From Candidatus Accumulibacter meliphilus (lineage in GTDB: Bacteria; Pseudomonadota; Gammaproteobacteria; Burkholderiales; Rhodocyclaceae), in the NCBI GenBank assembly GCA_003332265.1, contig QPGA01000020.1:6485-70484 (forward strand): DNA of 64,000 bases, given 5' to 3'. The translations under genes were made by a program, and so were the position numbers. Positions 35,849-45,497 of this stretch are shown one piece after another (position 1 is the stretch's first letter; every line of letters starts with the position of its first letter). The notes below the pieces were generated by a model, which saw nothing but the letters and a program-made list of their open reading frames with translations, was not told where the DNA came from and did no database searches.

Positions 35849-36436
35849 GTGAATGGTTTACTCAAGCTTTCAAGCCTGATTGATGGCCTTACCGAACGCG
35901 TCGGCAAGAGCATCATCTGGCTGGTGCTGATCGTCACCCTGATCGGTGCCGGTAACGCCGTCATGCGTTACACCATCGACTACAGCTCGAACGCCTTTCT
36001 CGAGATTCAGTGGTACCTGTTCTCGGCGATTTTCCTGTTTTGCGCCGGTTACACGCTGATGCGCAACGAGCATGTGCGTATCGATCTTGTCGCTGGTCGC
36101 TTCTCCCGGCGGGGCCAGGCGATGATCGACATCTTCGGCATCATTTTCTTCCTGATGCCGATGGCTATCGCCATCATGTACATGTCGTGGCCGATCTTTG
36201 TCCTCGCCTACGAAACCAACGAGCAATCGAGCAACGCCGGCGGCCTCACCGTCTGGCCGGTTCGCCTGATGGTCCCTATCGGCTTTTTCCTGCTGGTGAT
36301 TCAGGGCTTTTCGGAACTGATCAAGCGCATTGGCTTCGTGCAGGGTCTGTGTTCGGATCCCGGCGCCAAGTCGCACACGCCGACCGCCGAAGAAGAACTC
36401 GCGCTGGCCATCAAGGCGAAACAGGGAGAACTCTGA
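35849..36436 (+). CDS. TRAP transporter small permease subunit (DctQ-like)
   Basis: 195 aa, 4 TM segments. GTG start behind an AAAGGAGG SD. Its stop overlaps the large-subunit ATG (TGATG). Confidence 0.8.
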   Translation: MNGLLKLSSLIDGLTERVGKSIIWLVLIVTLIGAGNAVMRYTIDYSSNAFLEIQWYLFSAIFLFCAGYTLMRNEHVRIDLVAGRFSRRGQAMIDIFGIIFFLMPMAIAIMYMSWPIFVLAYETNEQSSNAGGLTVWPVRLMVPIGFFLLVIQGFSELIKRIGFVQGLCSDPGAKSHTPTAEEELALAIKAKQGEL

Positions 36437-37947
36437 TGACCGAATTCCTGATCAACAACATGGCGCCGATCATCTTTGCTGCGATGGTCCTCTTCCTGCT
36501 AGTCGGCTTCCCGGTCGCCTTCGCGCTCGCCGCCAACGGCATCTTCTTCGGCCTGATCGGCATCGAACTCGGCCTGCTCGGCCCACAACTTTTCCAGGCC
36601 CTGCCGGACCGTATTTTCGGCATCATGAACAACGACACGCTGCTGGCCATTCCCTTCTTTACCTTCATGGGTCTGATTCTCGAACGATCAGGAATGGCCG
36701 AAGACCTGCTCGACACCATCGGGCAGCTGTTCGGCCCAATGCGTGGCGGCCTGGCGCTGGCCGTCATCTTCGTCGGAGCGCTACTCGCCGCGACCACCGG
36801 TGTCGTCGCCGCGTCGGTGATCTCGATGGGACTGATCTCGCTGCCGATCATGCTGCGCTACGGCTACAACACCAAGCTCGCCACCGGCGTCATCGCCGCG
36901 TCGGGAACGCTGGCCCAGATCCTGCCGCCATCGCTGGTGCTGATCATCATGGCTGACCAGTTGGGCAAGTCGGTCGGCGACATGTACAAGGGCGCCTTTC
37001 TGCCGGCCATCGTGTTGACTACCTTGTACGTCGGCTATGTCCTGCTGGTCGCTATCTTCAAGCCCAAGTGGGCACCGGCACTGCCAGCAGAAGCGCGCAC
37101 CCTGCATGGCAGCAAACTGCTGCTCCGCGTGCTGACCACCATGGTGCCACCGCTGATGCTGATCTTCCTGGTCCTCGGCACGATCTTCATGGGTATCGCA
37201 ACGCCGACCGAAGGCGGCGCCATGGGCGCCACTGGCGCGCTGATCATGGCCCTGGCGCGCAAGCGCCTGACCCTGAGCCTGCTCAAGCAGGCCATGGATA
37301 CGACGGCCAAGCTGACGACTTTCGTGGTCTTCATCCTGGTTGGCGCGCGTGTATTCTCGCTCACTTTCTACGGCGTAGACGGGCACCGCTGGGTCGAGCA
37401 CCTGCTCACCGGGCTGCCGGGCGGTGAAGTCGGCTTCCTGATCGTGGTCAACGTCCTGATCTTCCTGCTCGCTTTCTTCCTCGACTTCTTCGAACTCTCG
37501 TTCATCGTCGTGCCGCTGCTCGGACCGGTTGCCGAAGCACTGGGGATCGATCTGATCTGGTTCGGAATACTGCTGGCGGTGAACATGCAGACCTCGTTCA
37601 TGCATCCGCCTTTCGGCTTTGCGCTTTTCTACCTGCGCTCGGTCGCGCCGGCGTCGGTCAAGACCACCGACATCTACTGGGGTGCGATTCCCTTTGTCTG
37701 CATCCAGATCGTCATGGTCGGCATCCTGATTGCGTTCCCGCAACTGGTGACTTTCGGCCTCGACAAGGAGGTCAAGGTGGATCTCGATTCGGTCGAGATC
37801 GAGATCCCGAGTTCCTCGTACGGAGGTGGCGGCGGATACGGTGCGCCTGCGCCAGCGGAAGGCGCGCCAGACGGGCAGCCGCCAAAGCCGGGTGCTGCGG
37901 CTACCGACGCCATTCTCGACATGCTCAAGGAAAACAAGGAAAAGTAG
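36436..37947 (+). CDS. TRAP transporter large permease subunit (DctM-like)
   Basis: 503 aa, polytopic. Typical LAIPFFTFMG and GIATPTEGGAMGA motifs. Gly/Pro-rich C-terminal tail. Confidence 0.85.
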   Translation: MTEFLINNMAPIIFAAMVLFLLVGFPVAFALAANGIFFGLIGIELGLLGPQLFQALPDRIFGIMNNDTLLAIPFFTFMGLILERSGMAEDLLDTIGQLFGPMRGGLALAVIFVGALLAATTGVVAASVISMGLISLPIMLRYGYNTKLATGVIAASGTLAQILPPSLVLIIMADQLGKSVGDMYKGAFLPAIVLTTLYVGYVLLVAIFKPKWAPALPAEARTLHGSKLLLRVLTTMVPPLMLIFLVLGTIFMGIATPTEGGAMGATGALIMALARKRLTLSLLKQAMDTTAKLTTFVVFILVGARVFSLTFYGVDGHRWVEHLLTGLPGGEVGFLIVVNVLIFLLAFFLDFFELSFIVVPLLGPVAEALGIDLIWFGILLAVNMQTSFMHPPFGFALFYLRSVAPASVKTTDIYWGAIPFVCIQIVMVGILIAFPQLVTFGLDKEVKVDLDSVEIEIPSSSYGGGGGYGAPAPAEGAPDGQPPKPGAAATDAILDMLKENKEK

Positions 37948-38015
37948 GCTGCAGGCTGCCGTCGGCGGGAAGTTCGCCGCGCGACGGCAACAGGAATGCA
38001 GGGAATGCTGACCCG

Positions 38016-38054
38016 AAAAGGAAACGGAGGCCATTGGCCTCCGTTTCCTTTTCT
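38016..38054. terminator. bidirectional rho-independent terminator between the convergent TRAP permease and binding-protein genes
   Basis: Perfect 13-bp stem GGAAACGGAGGCC-ATT-GGCCTCCGTTTCC, flanked by A-runs and T-runs on both strands. Confidence 0.7.
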
Positions 38055-38108
38055 TCGTCGCGAGAACCGGCAAGCGGCCCTGTGCGGACGAAGTCTGCAG
38101 TCTGAAAT

Positions 38109-39188
38109 CTAGCGCTTGGTGTTCATATAGCTTACGTAGGCACCTTCGGCGATCCCGAACCAGAGGTTCTGGTCGGTCTGGAACTTCGCGTAGTCGTCAT
38201 AGACTTTCTTGAAGCCGGGATTGGTCTTGGACGTCTCCGCATAGAGTTCCATTGCCGCCTTGTACGCAGCATCCATGATCACTTTCGGATACTGCCGCAA
38301 CTGCGTACCGGAGCCGACCAGTTGCTTCAACGCCGTCGGGTTCTTGGCGTCGTACTTGGCCATCATGTCCACGTGCGCGTCGGCACAGGCCATATGCAGA
38401 ATGGCCTTGTACTCTTTCGGCAGCTCGGCGTACTTGGCGCTATTGACGTAAACCGACAGCTGCGGCCCGCCCTCCCACCACCCCGGGTAGTAGTAGTACT
38501 TGGCAACCTTGTTGAAGCCCAGCTTCTGGTCATCGTAAGGACCAATCCATTCCGCCGCGTCAATGGTGCCCTTCTCCAGCGAGGGATAGATATCGCCACC
38601 CGGAATCTGCTGCGGCACGGCGCCAAGTTTGCTCAACACCTCACCAGCAAAGCCACCGATACGGATCTTCAGGCCATTGATGTCGGCAACCGTCTTGACC
38701 TCCTTGCGGAACCAGCCGCCCATTTGCGCACCGGTGTTGCCACAGGGAATCGGAACGATATTCGACTTCCCGTAGAGCTCGCCCATCAGCGTGCTGCCGT
38801 TGCCGTAACGCATCCAGGCGTCGAGCTGACGGTTAGTCATTCCGAAAGGAATCGCGCAGTCAAAAGCGTAGGTCGGATCCTTGCCGAAAAAGTAGTACGA
38901 CGCGGTGTGCGCCATTTCGACGGTGTTGTCCTTGACGGCGTCGAAGACAGCCGGCCCGGGGACGATTTCGCCGCCGGCAAAAACCTGGATCTGAAACTTG
39001 CCACCAGTGGCTTCGGCGACCCGCTTGGCCATGAATTCGGCACCACCGTAAATGGTATCCAGGCTTTTCGGAAAGCTGGACGCCAGACGCCAGCGAATGG
39101 TTGGCGCATTCTGAGCAATCGCCGGCATGGCCACGCTACCGGCCGCCAGGCCGACACCAGCATTCTTCAAAAACGAACGTCTTTCCAC
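38109..39188 (-). CDS. TRAP transporter substrate-binding protein (DctP family) with Tat-type signal
   Basis: 359 aa. MERRSFLKNAGVGLAAGSVAMPAIA twin-arginine leader. DctP-like periplasmic domain. Confidence 0.85.
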   Translation of the reverse strand: MERRSFLKNAGVGLAAGSVAMPAIAQNAPTIRWRLASSFPKSLDTIYGGAEFMAKRVAEATGGKFQIQVFAGGEIVPGPAVFDAVKDNTVEMAHTASYYFFGKDPTYAFDCAIPFGMTNRQLDAWMRYGNGSTLMGELYGKSNIVPIPCGNTGAQMGGWFRKEVKTVADINGLKIRIGGFAGEVLSKLGAVPQQIPGGDIYPSLEKGTIDAAEWIGPYDDQKLGFNKVAKYYYYPGWWEGGPQLSVYVNSAKYAELPKEYKAILHMACADAHVDMMAKYDAKNPTALKQLVGSGTQLRQYPKVIMDAAYKAAMELYAETSKTNPGFKKVYDDYAKFQTDQNLWFGIAEGAYVSYMNTKR

Positions 39189-39333
39189 AATCTTGTCTCC
39201 TATTTTGGTTTCTTGTACACGAATTGCCCGCCGATTATAGCGAAAGCAGTCGGCCAGAGAATACGGATTTTCCGAGCGCCGGCAGCCGCGCGGATCTGTC
39301 CAGCGTCCAGAGAAATTCGCGGCGCGGAAAAAG

Positions 39334-40740
39334 CTAGGCGCCTGCCACCTTCATCTGCTCGATGAGCAGCGACCCGACCTGCTTCGAGCCGCGCACCAGG
39401 ACATCATTGCCGACACCGGCCAGGTTTCTGAACATGTCGCGAAGGTTGCCGGCGATGGTGATCTCTTCGACCGGATGAACAATCTCGCCACCCTCCACCC
39501 AGAAGCCGGCAGCGCCGCGCGAATAGTCGCCGGTCACGTAGTTGACGCCATGGCCGAGCAACTCGGTCACCAGCAAGCCGCGGCCCATTTTCTTGAGCAG
39601 GCCAGGCAAATCCCGCTTGCCGGGATGAACGATGAGATTGTGGCTGCCACCGGCGTTGCCGGTGGTCTGCATTGACAGCTTGCGCGCCGTGTAAGCGCTC
39701 AGGAAATAGCCCTGCAGCTGGCCGTCAACAATCACTTCACGATCCTTGGTCGCAACGCCGTCACTGTCGAAATAGCCACTGGCCAGGCCACGCGCCAGAT
39801 GGGGCCGCTCGCTGATCTGTACCTTTCTGGCGAAGACGCGCTTGCCCAGGCTATCGACCAGGAAGGAGGTCTTGCGGTACAGGCTGCCGCCGCTGACCGC
39901 GTGCACAAAGCTGCCGATCAACGACGCGGCAAGGGGCGCCTCAAAAATCACCGGTACCTTGCAGGTCTTGATCTTGCGCGCACCAAGCCGCGCCAGGGCA
40001 CGTTGGGCGGCGCGCTCGCCAATCAGCTCCGGTGAACCAATGGCCTGCGCATCGCGGGCCATCGCGTACCAGTCGTCGCGCTGCATGTTTCCGTCTTTGC
40101 CGGCGATCATCGAACACGACAGGTAATGCCGAGAAGTTGGGTAGCCGCCCATGAAACCAAGACTGTTGGCGGACACGAAATGCCCTTCCTGACTGGACAC
40201 CGTCGCGCCTTCCGAATTGCTCAGCCGCGGGTCGACCGCAAAGGCCGCAGCTTCGCAGCGCTTCGCCAGGTCGACGGCGGCTTCGACCGCGAGCAACCAG
40301 GGATGATAGAGATCGAGATCCGGCAAGTGCTCGCTGTCGATGGCCAGCAGGCACGCGTCGGGCAGTCCGGCAGAGGGATCGGCAGCAGTAAAGCGGGCGA
40401 TGTTCAGCGCTGCCTCGACGGTCTCACGCAAGGCCGTCGCAGAAAAATCGGAAGTGCTCGCCTGGCCTTTTCGCTGACCAAGATAGACAGCGACGGCAAT
40501 CGCCTTGTCGCGGTTGTATTCGATGGTTTCGACCTCTCCACGGCGAGCCGTGACCGACTGACCGAAGCCATCGGAGACATCGACCTCGCAAGCACTTGCG
40601 CCGCACTTTTCGGCATGTGCGAGAACGTCGCGCGCCAACTGCTGCAGAGTTTCGAAGCGGTAGCTGAAGCGCGATTCGCGAGCGGCGACGGTGGTGGGAG
40701 GGGACATGGGGCGGTGGCCAAAGGCAAAAGTCGCTATCAT
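39334..40740 (-). CDS. pmbA: PmbA/TldE metalloprotease (TldD/PmbA family)
   Basis: 468 aa, collinear with E. coli PmbA (GEVETIEYNRDKA, GSHNLIV, TGDYSRGAAGFWVEGGEI). ATG 40740 has a GGAG 5 nt upstream. Divergent from yjgA, as in enterobacteria. Confidence 0.85.
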   Translation of the reverse strand: MIATFAFGHRPMSPPTTVAARESRFSYRFETLQQLARDVLAHAEKCGASACEVDVSDGFGQSVTARRGEVETIEYNRDKAIAVAVYLGQRKGQASTSDFSATALRETVEAALNIARFTAADPSAGLPDACLLAIDSEHLPDLDLYHPWLLAVEAAVDLAKRCEAAAFAVDPRLSNSEGATVSSQEGHFVSANSLGFMGGYPTSRHYLSCSMIAGKDGNMQRDDWYAMARDAQAIGSPELIGERAAQRALARLGARKIKTCKVPVIFEAPLAASLIGSFVHAVSGGSLYRKTSFLVDSLGKRVFARKVQISERPHLARGLASGYFDSDGVATKDREVIVDGQLQGYFLSAYTARKLSMQTTGNAGGSHNLIVHPGKRDLPGLLKKMGRGLLVTELLGHGVNYVTGDYSRGAAGFWVEGGEIVHPVEEITIAGNLRDMFRNLAGVGNDVLVRGSKQVGSLLIEQMKVAGA

Positions 40741-40824
40741 AGCAGCTCCGCGCAGACGGTCCGCTCAAGCGTCTGAACACGCCCATCTCCCCAACTGCCA
40801 CCAGGAAAGCCTCCTCTGCCGCCG

Positions 40825-41373
40825 ATGATTCCTCCCGAAGAAGACGAAGAAGACACAGGCCCGCCGTCAAAAACGCAGCGCAAGCGGGCCATGGAGGAGC
40901 TACAGGGCCTCGGCGAGGAACTGGTGGAGCTGGCGCCCGATCGGCTCAAGAAAATCGACCTCCCGGAAGATCTGCGCGCCGCCGTCCGTGCGGCGCAGCG
41001 CATGACTCGACACGACGAGGCGCGAAGGCGACAGCTGCAATTTATCGGCCGGGTGATGCGCGATATCGAAGACCCGGAACCGATCCGCAAGGCACTGGCT
41101 GCGCTGCGTGGCGATTCGGCCGAGGAAACGGGCAGGTTGCACCGTATCGAGCGCCTGCGAACGGCCTTGCTGGCCGACGAAGGGGTGCTGTACGGAATTG
41201 CCGAGACCTACCCAGCGGTGGACCTGCAGCATCTGCGCTCGCTACGACGCGCCGCCTTGAGCGAGCAGGAACAAGGCCGGTCGCCGCGCAATTACCGCGC
41301 CATTTTCCAGTTCCTCAAAGGGCTGGAAATCCTCGACGACCGCGCCAGCGGAAAGGATGAGCATGATCAATGA
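40825..41373 (+). CDS. yjgA: ribosome-associated YjgA/DarP (DUF615) protein
   Basis: 182 aa. Acidic N-terminus, SKTQRKRAMEELQGLGEELV, RRRQLQFIGRVMR, as in E. coli YjgA. Confidence 0.8.
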   Translation: MIPPEEDEEDTGPPSKTQRKRAMEELQGLGEELVELAPDRLKKIDLPEDLRAAVRAAQRMTRHDEARRRQLQFIGRVMRDIEDPEPIRKALAALRGDSAEETGRLHRIERLRTALLADEGVLYGIAETYPAVDLQHLRSLRRAALSEQEQGRSPRNYRAIFQFLKGLEILDDRASGKDEHDQ

Positions 41374-41965
41374 TGATCAACTGCTGATTGGACTGCTGTC
41401 GATCAGCGACCGCGCCGCGCAGGGCGTCTATGCCGATCAGGGAATCCCGGCGCTCGAAGAATGGTTCGGCCGCGCCCTTGCCAGTCCGTGGCGAAGCGAA
41501 AGACGCCTGATCGTCGACGAGCAGGCGCGCATCGAAGAAACATTGAAGGAGCTGGTTGATGAGCTTGGCTGCCATCTGGTGCTGACCACCGGCGGCACCG
41601 GTCCCGCGCCACGCGACGTCACCCCGGAAGCCACCCTCGCCGTGGCCGACAGGCTGATGCCCGGCTTCGGCGAGGAAATGCGCCGCATCAGCCTGAACTT
41701 CGTGCCGACGGCCATCCTTTCGCGTCAGCTGGGTGTCGTTCGCGGCAAGGCCCTGATCCTCAATCTGCCCGGGCAACCGAAGTCGATCCGGGAAACCCTT
41801 GAGGGAGTGAAAGCGGCCGATGGCACGGTCGTGGTGAACGGCATTTTCGCTGCCGTCCCCTACTGCATCGATCTGCTTGGCGGCCCCTACGTCGAAACGG
41901 TCGCGCAGGTGGTCAAGGCTTTTCGACCGAAATCAGCGCTGCGGCCAACGGCCCCCCAAGGCTAG
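41357..41965 (+). CDS. mog: molybdopterin adenylyltransferase MogA
   Basis: Near-collinear with E. coli MogA (IGLLSISDRAAQGVYADQGIPALEEW, LVLTTGGTGPAPRDVTPEAT, LNLPGQPKSIRETLEGV). An alternative start is ATG 41363. Confidence 0.85.
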   Translation: MSMINDDQLLIGLLSISDRAAQGVYADQGIPALEEWFGRALASPWRSERRLIVDEQARIEETLKELVDELGCHLVLTTGGTGPAPRDVTPEATLAVADRLMPGFGEEMRRISLNFVPTAILSRQLGVVRGKALILNLPGQPKSIRETLEGVKAADGTVVVNGIFAAVPYCIDLLGGPYVETVAQVVKAFRPKSALRPTAPQG

Positions 41966-42002
41966 CGGCAAGGAGCCGCCCCCCCCCCAGGCCTTGTAGC
42001 CT

Positions 42003-43532
42003 TCAGGTCGCTGATTGCTCTCGAAAACAACCAATCTCATACTCGCTGCCGACCTCCTCCAGCTCCATCGGAATCAGCGTCCGCTGCTGGCCCTGATGGC
42101 TGAACTCCAGCGTTTCACGGACATTGAAACCCGCCAGCGGCAAGACGATGCGCAGGATCCCGGTTTCACCGCCATCCTGCAACCAGATACCCGGGATAGC
42201 CAGCGCCGCCGAAAAGCCGCTGCGCCGCGGCCGCAGTTCGATGCTCAGTGCCTGCCGGGAGAGTACCTGCACGCCGAGACTGGCGCCGTCAGGACCCGGC
42301 CTCGTGAAGCGCCTGGCGACACCCAGCATCCAGTTGTCGCCACCCTCCGGCTGGACGCACAGCAGTGTGCCGATGTCGATGTGCTCGCTCGCCGAATCGC
42401 CAATCTGCGCACGAAATCCACCAAGGCTCACATTCTCGACCACCCAGCTGTCCATCGCTACTTCATTCTCGGGGCGCGGCACGGCTCCCGAGAACAGCGA
42501 GTAGCTGTCATCAAAGCCATACAGGACGAGCATTCGCGTCTTCACTGCATGCCGCGTATGGCGGCGCTGGGGCGGGCGCTTGGCCCAATACAGACGCAGA
42601 TGGCGAAGTACCGGCAACAGGGCACGCGGCGCGTACTCACCGCCAAGGTTGACGTCGGCCGGCCGCTCACCGTGCTCGACCCGATGCAACAGCTCTTCGA
42701 GCGCCGCCAGCGCCGTCCCCGGAGAGAAGAAACGCAAGCCACGCCTGCTCACACCAGGGTGACGGACCAGTCGCAGCGGTGGCGCGCCGACCGTCGCATC
42801 GACCCAATAGACGCTGTCCGGCCGGCAATCAGGCAGGAGAACAAAGTGCGGCAGGAAATGCGCAATCAGGCGGTCAGCCAGCTCGATCTGCACGGGCATC
42901 AAGCTATCCATCGAAGAGGCAAAGAAGACAATCGCGTGCAGGTATTGCTCCGCCACGGTGCTCAGCCCTTGCCGCGCCGGATAGAGCGGTAGCGGCTTCT
43001 GAGCGTTAGCCGCGGTTTCGGCCACCAGATAGGTTGCGCCGAGCGCCTGCCAAACGTCTTCGCCACCTGAACCGTAGCGAAACGCCAACCACTTGAGTTG
43101 ATTGCAGCGTGCCGCCTGCGCGCGTACAAGCGCCAGCGGCAGAAAGACCTTGAAGGCGTCGCTAGACTTGCTCTTGGGATCACGCTGGGCGCGTTCGATG
43201 CAGTCGGTGTACAGGGTCGCGACCTGGCCCCAATAGCGGTGGCTGCGCGTCCACAGCCGCTCTTCTTCGAGTTTCGTCAAGCGTCCTGACAGCAGGTAGT
43301 CGCGAGCCACAGCCAGCAGGTGTCGCTGCGCCGCCTCATCAAGCTGGCGGAGCACGTCAAAATACTGGTCAACGCCGAAGTTCTCGGCGTGCTGGAGCGA
43401 ATCGAACCAGCCGCTAACTTCGTCGACGGCTTTTGCCGGCCTATCGACGTGCAACTCGGCAAGAATCCGCTTCAGCTCCTTGCTGTCAGCCAGCGGATGA
43501 TCCGAACGTTTCGCAAAGAAATTGAACATCAT
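42003..43532 (-). CDS. PilZ-domain (c-di-GMP-binding type) protein with a large uncharacterised N-terminal domain
   Basis: About 509 aa from ATG 43532. The C-terminal region carries RRHTR (RxxxR) and NVSLGG ([D/N]xSxxG) 41 residues apart, the PilZ signature. The N-terminal roughly 380 aa are unrecognised. Confidence 0.6.
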   Translation of the reverse strand: MMFNFFAKRSDHPLADSKELKRILAELHVDRPAKAVDEVSGWFDSLQHAENFGVDQYFDVLRQLDEAAQRHLLAVARDYLLSGRLTKLEEERLWTRSHRYWGQVATLYTDCIERAQRDPKSKSSDAFKVFLPLALVRAQAARCNQLKWLAFRYGSGGEDVWQALGATYLVAETAANAQKPLPLYPARQGLSTVAEQYLHAIVFFASSMDSLMPVQIELADRLIAHFLPHFVLLPDCRPDSVYWVDATVGAPPLRLVRHPGVSRRGLRFFSPGTALAALEELLHRVEHGERPADVNLGGEYAPRALLPVLRHLRLYWAKRPPQRRHTRHAVKTRMLVLYGFDDSYSLFSGAVPRPENEVAMDSWVVENVSLGGFRAQIGDSASEHIDIGTLLCVQPEGGDNWMLGVARRFTRPGPDGASLGVQVLSRQALSIELRPRRSGFSAALAIPGIWLQDGGETGILRIVLPLAGFNVRETLEFSHQGQQRTLIPMELEEVGSEYEIGCFREQSAT

Positions 43533-43753
43533 GGAACGTGAAGCCTCGTCGCGGATGACTGCCGTTGGAGCGCGAATTGTAAACCAGTAAACCAGTACGA
43601 GGTCGAACGCCTCCCGGATGGCCCCGCTTGCCACCAAGGCGATTCCTCGGCGTCGCGCGGAGCACGCCGAGCGATCGGGCGACGTCGGCGGCGGACTGCG
43701 CCCAGCAGGCGATTACTCTACAATTCGGCCTGGATCAACGACAGGCTCAAACC

Positions 43754-44575
43754 ATGCAGCAGTATCTCCACCTTATGCGCCATGTTCTCGAACAGGGCAC
43801 GCTCAAGGCAGACCGCACCGGCACAGGTACGCGCTCGGTGTTCGGCTGGCAGATGCGCTTCGACCTCGGCGCCGGTTTCCCGGCGGTGACGACCAAGAAG
43901 CTGCATCTGCCGTCGATCATCCACGAGCTGCTGTGGTTCCTGCAGGGTGACACCAACATCCGTTATCTGCGCGAGAACGGCGTCCGCATCTGGGACGAAT
44001 GGGCCGACGCGAATGGCGATCTCGGCCCGGTCTATGGCCATCAGTGGCGGCACTGGCAAAGCCCGCAGGGAGGCGAAATAGACCAGATCGCCGAGCTCGT
44101 CGAAAATCTGAAAAACAAGCCTGACTCGCGCCGCCATCTGGTCAGCGCCTGGAATCCAGCCGACGTCGAGCGCATGGCGCTACCGCCGTGCCACGCCTTT
44201 TTCCAGTTCTACGTCGCACCCGCCGGGCCAACTGACCGCGACCAGCGCGCCAAGCTTTCCTGTCAGCTCTACCAGCGCAGCGCCGACATCTTCCTTGGCG
44301 TCCCGTTCAACATCGCCTCATACGCACTTCTCACCCTGATGCTGGCGCAGGTCTGCGGTTATCAGGCGGGCGACTTTGTGCATACTTTCGGCGACGCACA
44401 CCTCTACAGCAATCACCTCGAGCAGGCCCAACTGCAGCTGACGCGTGCGACGCGAACCTTGCCGACGATGCGACTGAATCCTGACATTGACAACCTCTTC
44501 GCCTTCCGTTTTCAGGACTTCAGCCTCGAAGGCTACGATCCGCATCCGCACATCTCGGCGCCGGTCGCCGTCTAA
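43754..44575 (+). CDS. thyA: thymidylate synthase
   Basis: [31 protein letters not shown]..., active-site [17 protein letters not shown]. 273 aa. Confidence 0.95.
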   Translation: MQQYLHLMRHVLEQGTLKADRTGTGTRSVFGWQMRFDLGAGFPAVTTKKLHLPSIIHELLWFLQGDTNIRYLRENGVRIWDEWADANGDLGPVYGHQWRHWQSPQGGEIDQIAELVENLKNKPDSRRHLVSAWNPADVERMALPPCHAFFQFYVAPAGPTDRDQRAKLSCQLYQRSADIFLGVPFNIASYALLTLMLAQVCGYQAGDFVHTFGDAHLYSNHLEQAQLQLTRATRTLPTMRLNPDIDNLFAFRFQDFSLEGYDPHPHISAPVAV

Positions 44576-44661
44576 CGGTCATGACATGTCGAGAGACCCC
44601 GAATCATGAAAGTCATGACCGTTTCCCTCTTCCCCAGACCCTTCTCCCGCGAGGGGAGAAG
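44576..44661. repeat. hairpin-forming intergenic repeat, copy 1 (immediately after the thyA stop)
   Basis: CGGTCATGAC-N26-GTCATGACCG 10-bp inverted repeat, followed by a CCCGCG-GGGAGAAG tail. Same architecture as 45323-45393. Confidence 0.6.
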
Positions 44662-44785
44662 GGCGCTTCGTGAGTCGCTTGCGCGACTTTCACATTAATC
44701 CGATGCCTAGCGACGACTGCTGCTTGCCCAGCGCTGCCACAGCCGCCGGGAGCCGTTGCCAGTGGCGCCGTCGGAGAGGGTGAAA

Positions 44786-45322
44786 ATGATCGCACTGATC
44801 GCTGCCGTTGCCAGAAGCGGCGCCATTGGCAGGCAGCAGCAATTGCTCTGGCAGCTGCCTGAAGACATGAAACACTTTCGCGAAACAACCCGCGACAAAA
44901 CCGTGATCATGGGCCGAAAGACTTGGGAGTCGCTGCCGGCGGCCTTTCGACCGTTGCCGAAGCGGCACAATATCGTCGTCAGCCGCAATCCGGCTTACTT
45001 TGCCAGCGGCGCAACACGGGCGGGCTCGATCGAGGAGGCCATTCGCCTCGCAGGCGACGCCAGCGAGATCTTCGTCATCGGTGGCGCCGACCTCTATCGG
45101 CAGACTCTGGCGCTGGCCAGTCGGCTGTACTTGACCGAAGTCGCCGCGGACTGTCCGGGAGACAGCTACTTCCCGGACGTTCCGCCTGACGAGTGGCGCG
45201 AGATCTCGCGTCGCGCCGGACAGCCATCTGCGAAGAACGTTTGCCAAGGCGCGTGCAGCGGCGGGCAAGCGACCGCAACCAGTACCCCCGCCTTCGACTT
45301 CGTCGTCTACGAACGTCGTTAG
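44786..45322 (+). CDS. folA: dihydrofolate reductase
   Basis: MIALIAAVARSGAIGRQQQLLWQLPEDMKHFRETTRDKTVIMGRKTWESLP. GGAGAGGG SD upstream. 178 aa. Confidence 0.9.
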   Translation: MIALIAAVARSGAIGRQQQLLWQLPEDMKHFRETTRDKTVIMGRKTWESLPAAFRPLPKRHNIVVSRNPAYFASGATRAGSIEEAIRLAGDASEIFVIGGADLYRQTLALASRLYLTEVAADCPGDSYFPDVPPDEWREISRRAGQPSAKNVCQGACSGGQATATSTPAFDFVVYERR

Positions 45323-45393
45323 CGGTCATGACCTGTAACGATACGCCAGATCATCGAAGTCATGACCGTAGCCCTTGTCCCGCGGGGGAGAAG
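45323..45393. repeat. hairpin-forming intergenic repeat, copy 2 (immediately after the folA stop)
   Basis: CGGTCATGAC-N26-GTCATGACCG plus a CCCGCGGGGGAGAAG tail. It lacks a roughly 15-nt segment present in copy 1. Confidence 0.6.
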
Positions 45394-45497
45394 TACCAGC
45401 ACCCGTCGCCAGACTACGGGGGGTCAAGGTCTTGGCGGTTGCCATCCGCTTGGAGACGAGAATAAGATGCAGGCGTTGCCTCTCCCGGAAATTCCCG

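Noticed and set aside
39234-39239. A perfect TATAAT (minus strand) about 45 nt upstream of the dctP-like start.
   Set aside because: No acceptable -35 hexamer lies at 17-bp spacing (ATTCTC). It is plausible but unsupported, so I did not list it as a feature.
41979-41988. C10 homopolymer tract between the mog and PilZ-gene 3' ends.
   Set aside because: It lies between two convergent stop codons, so slippage would not change any reading frame or obvious promoter. It more likely marks a sequencing-error-prone spot than a phase-variation switch.
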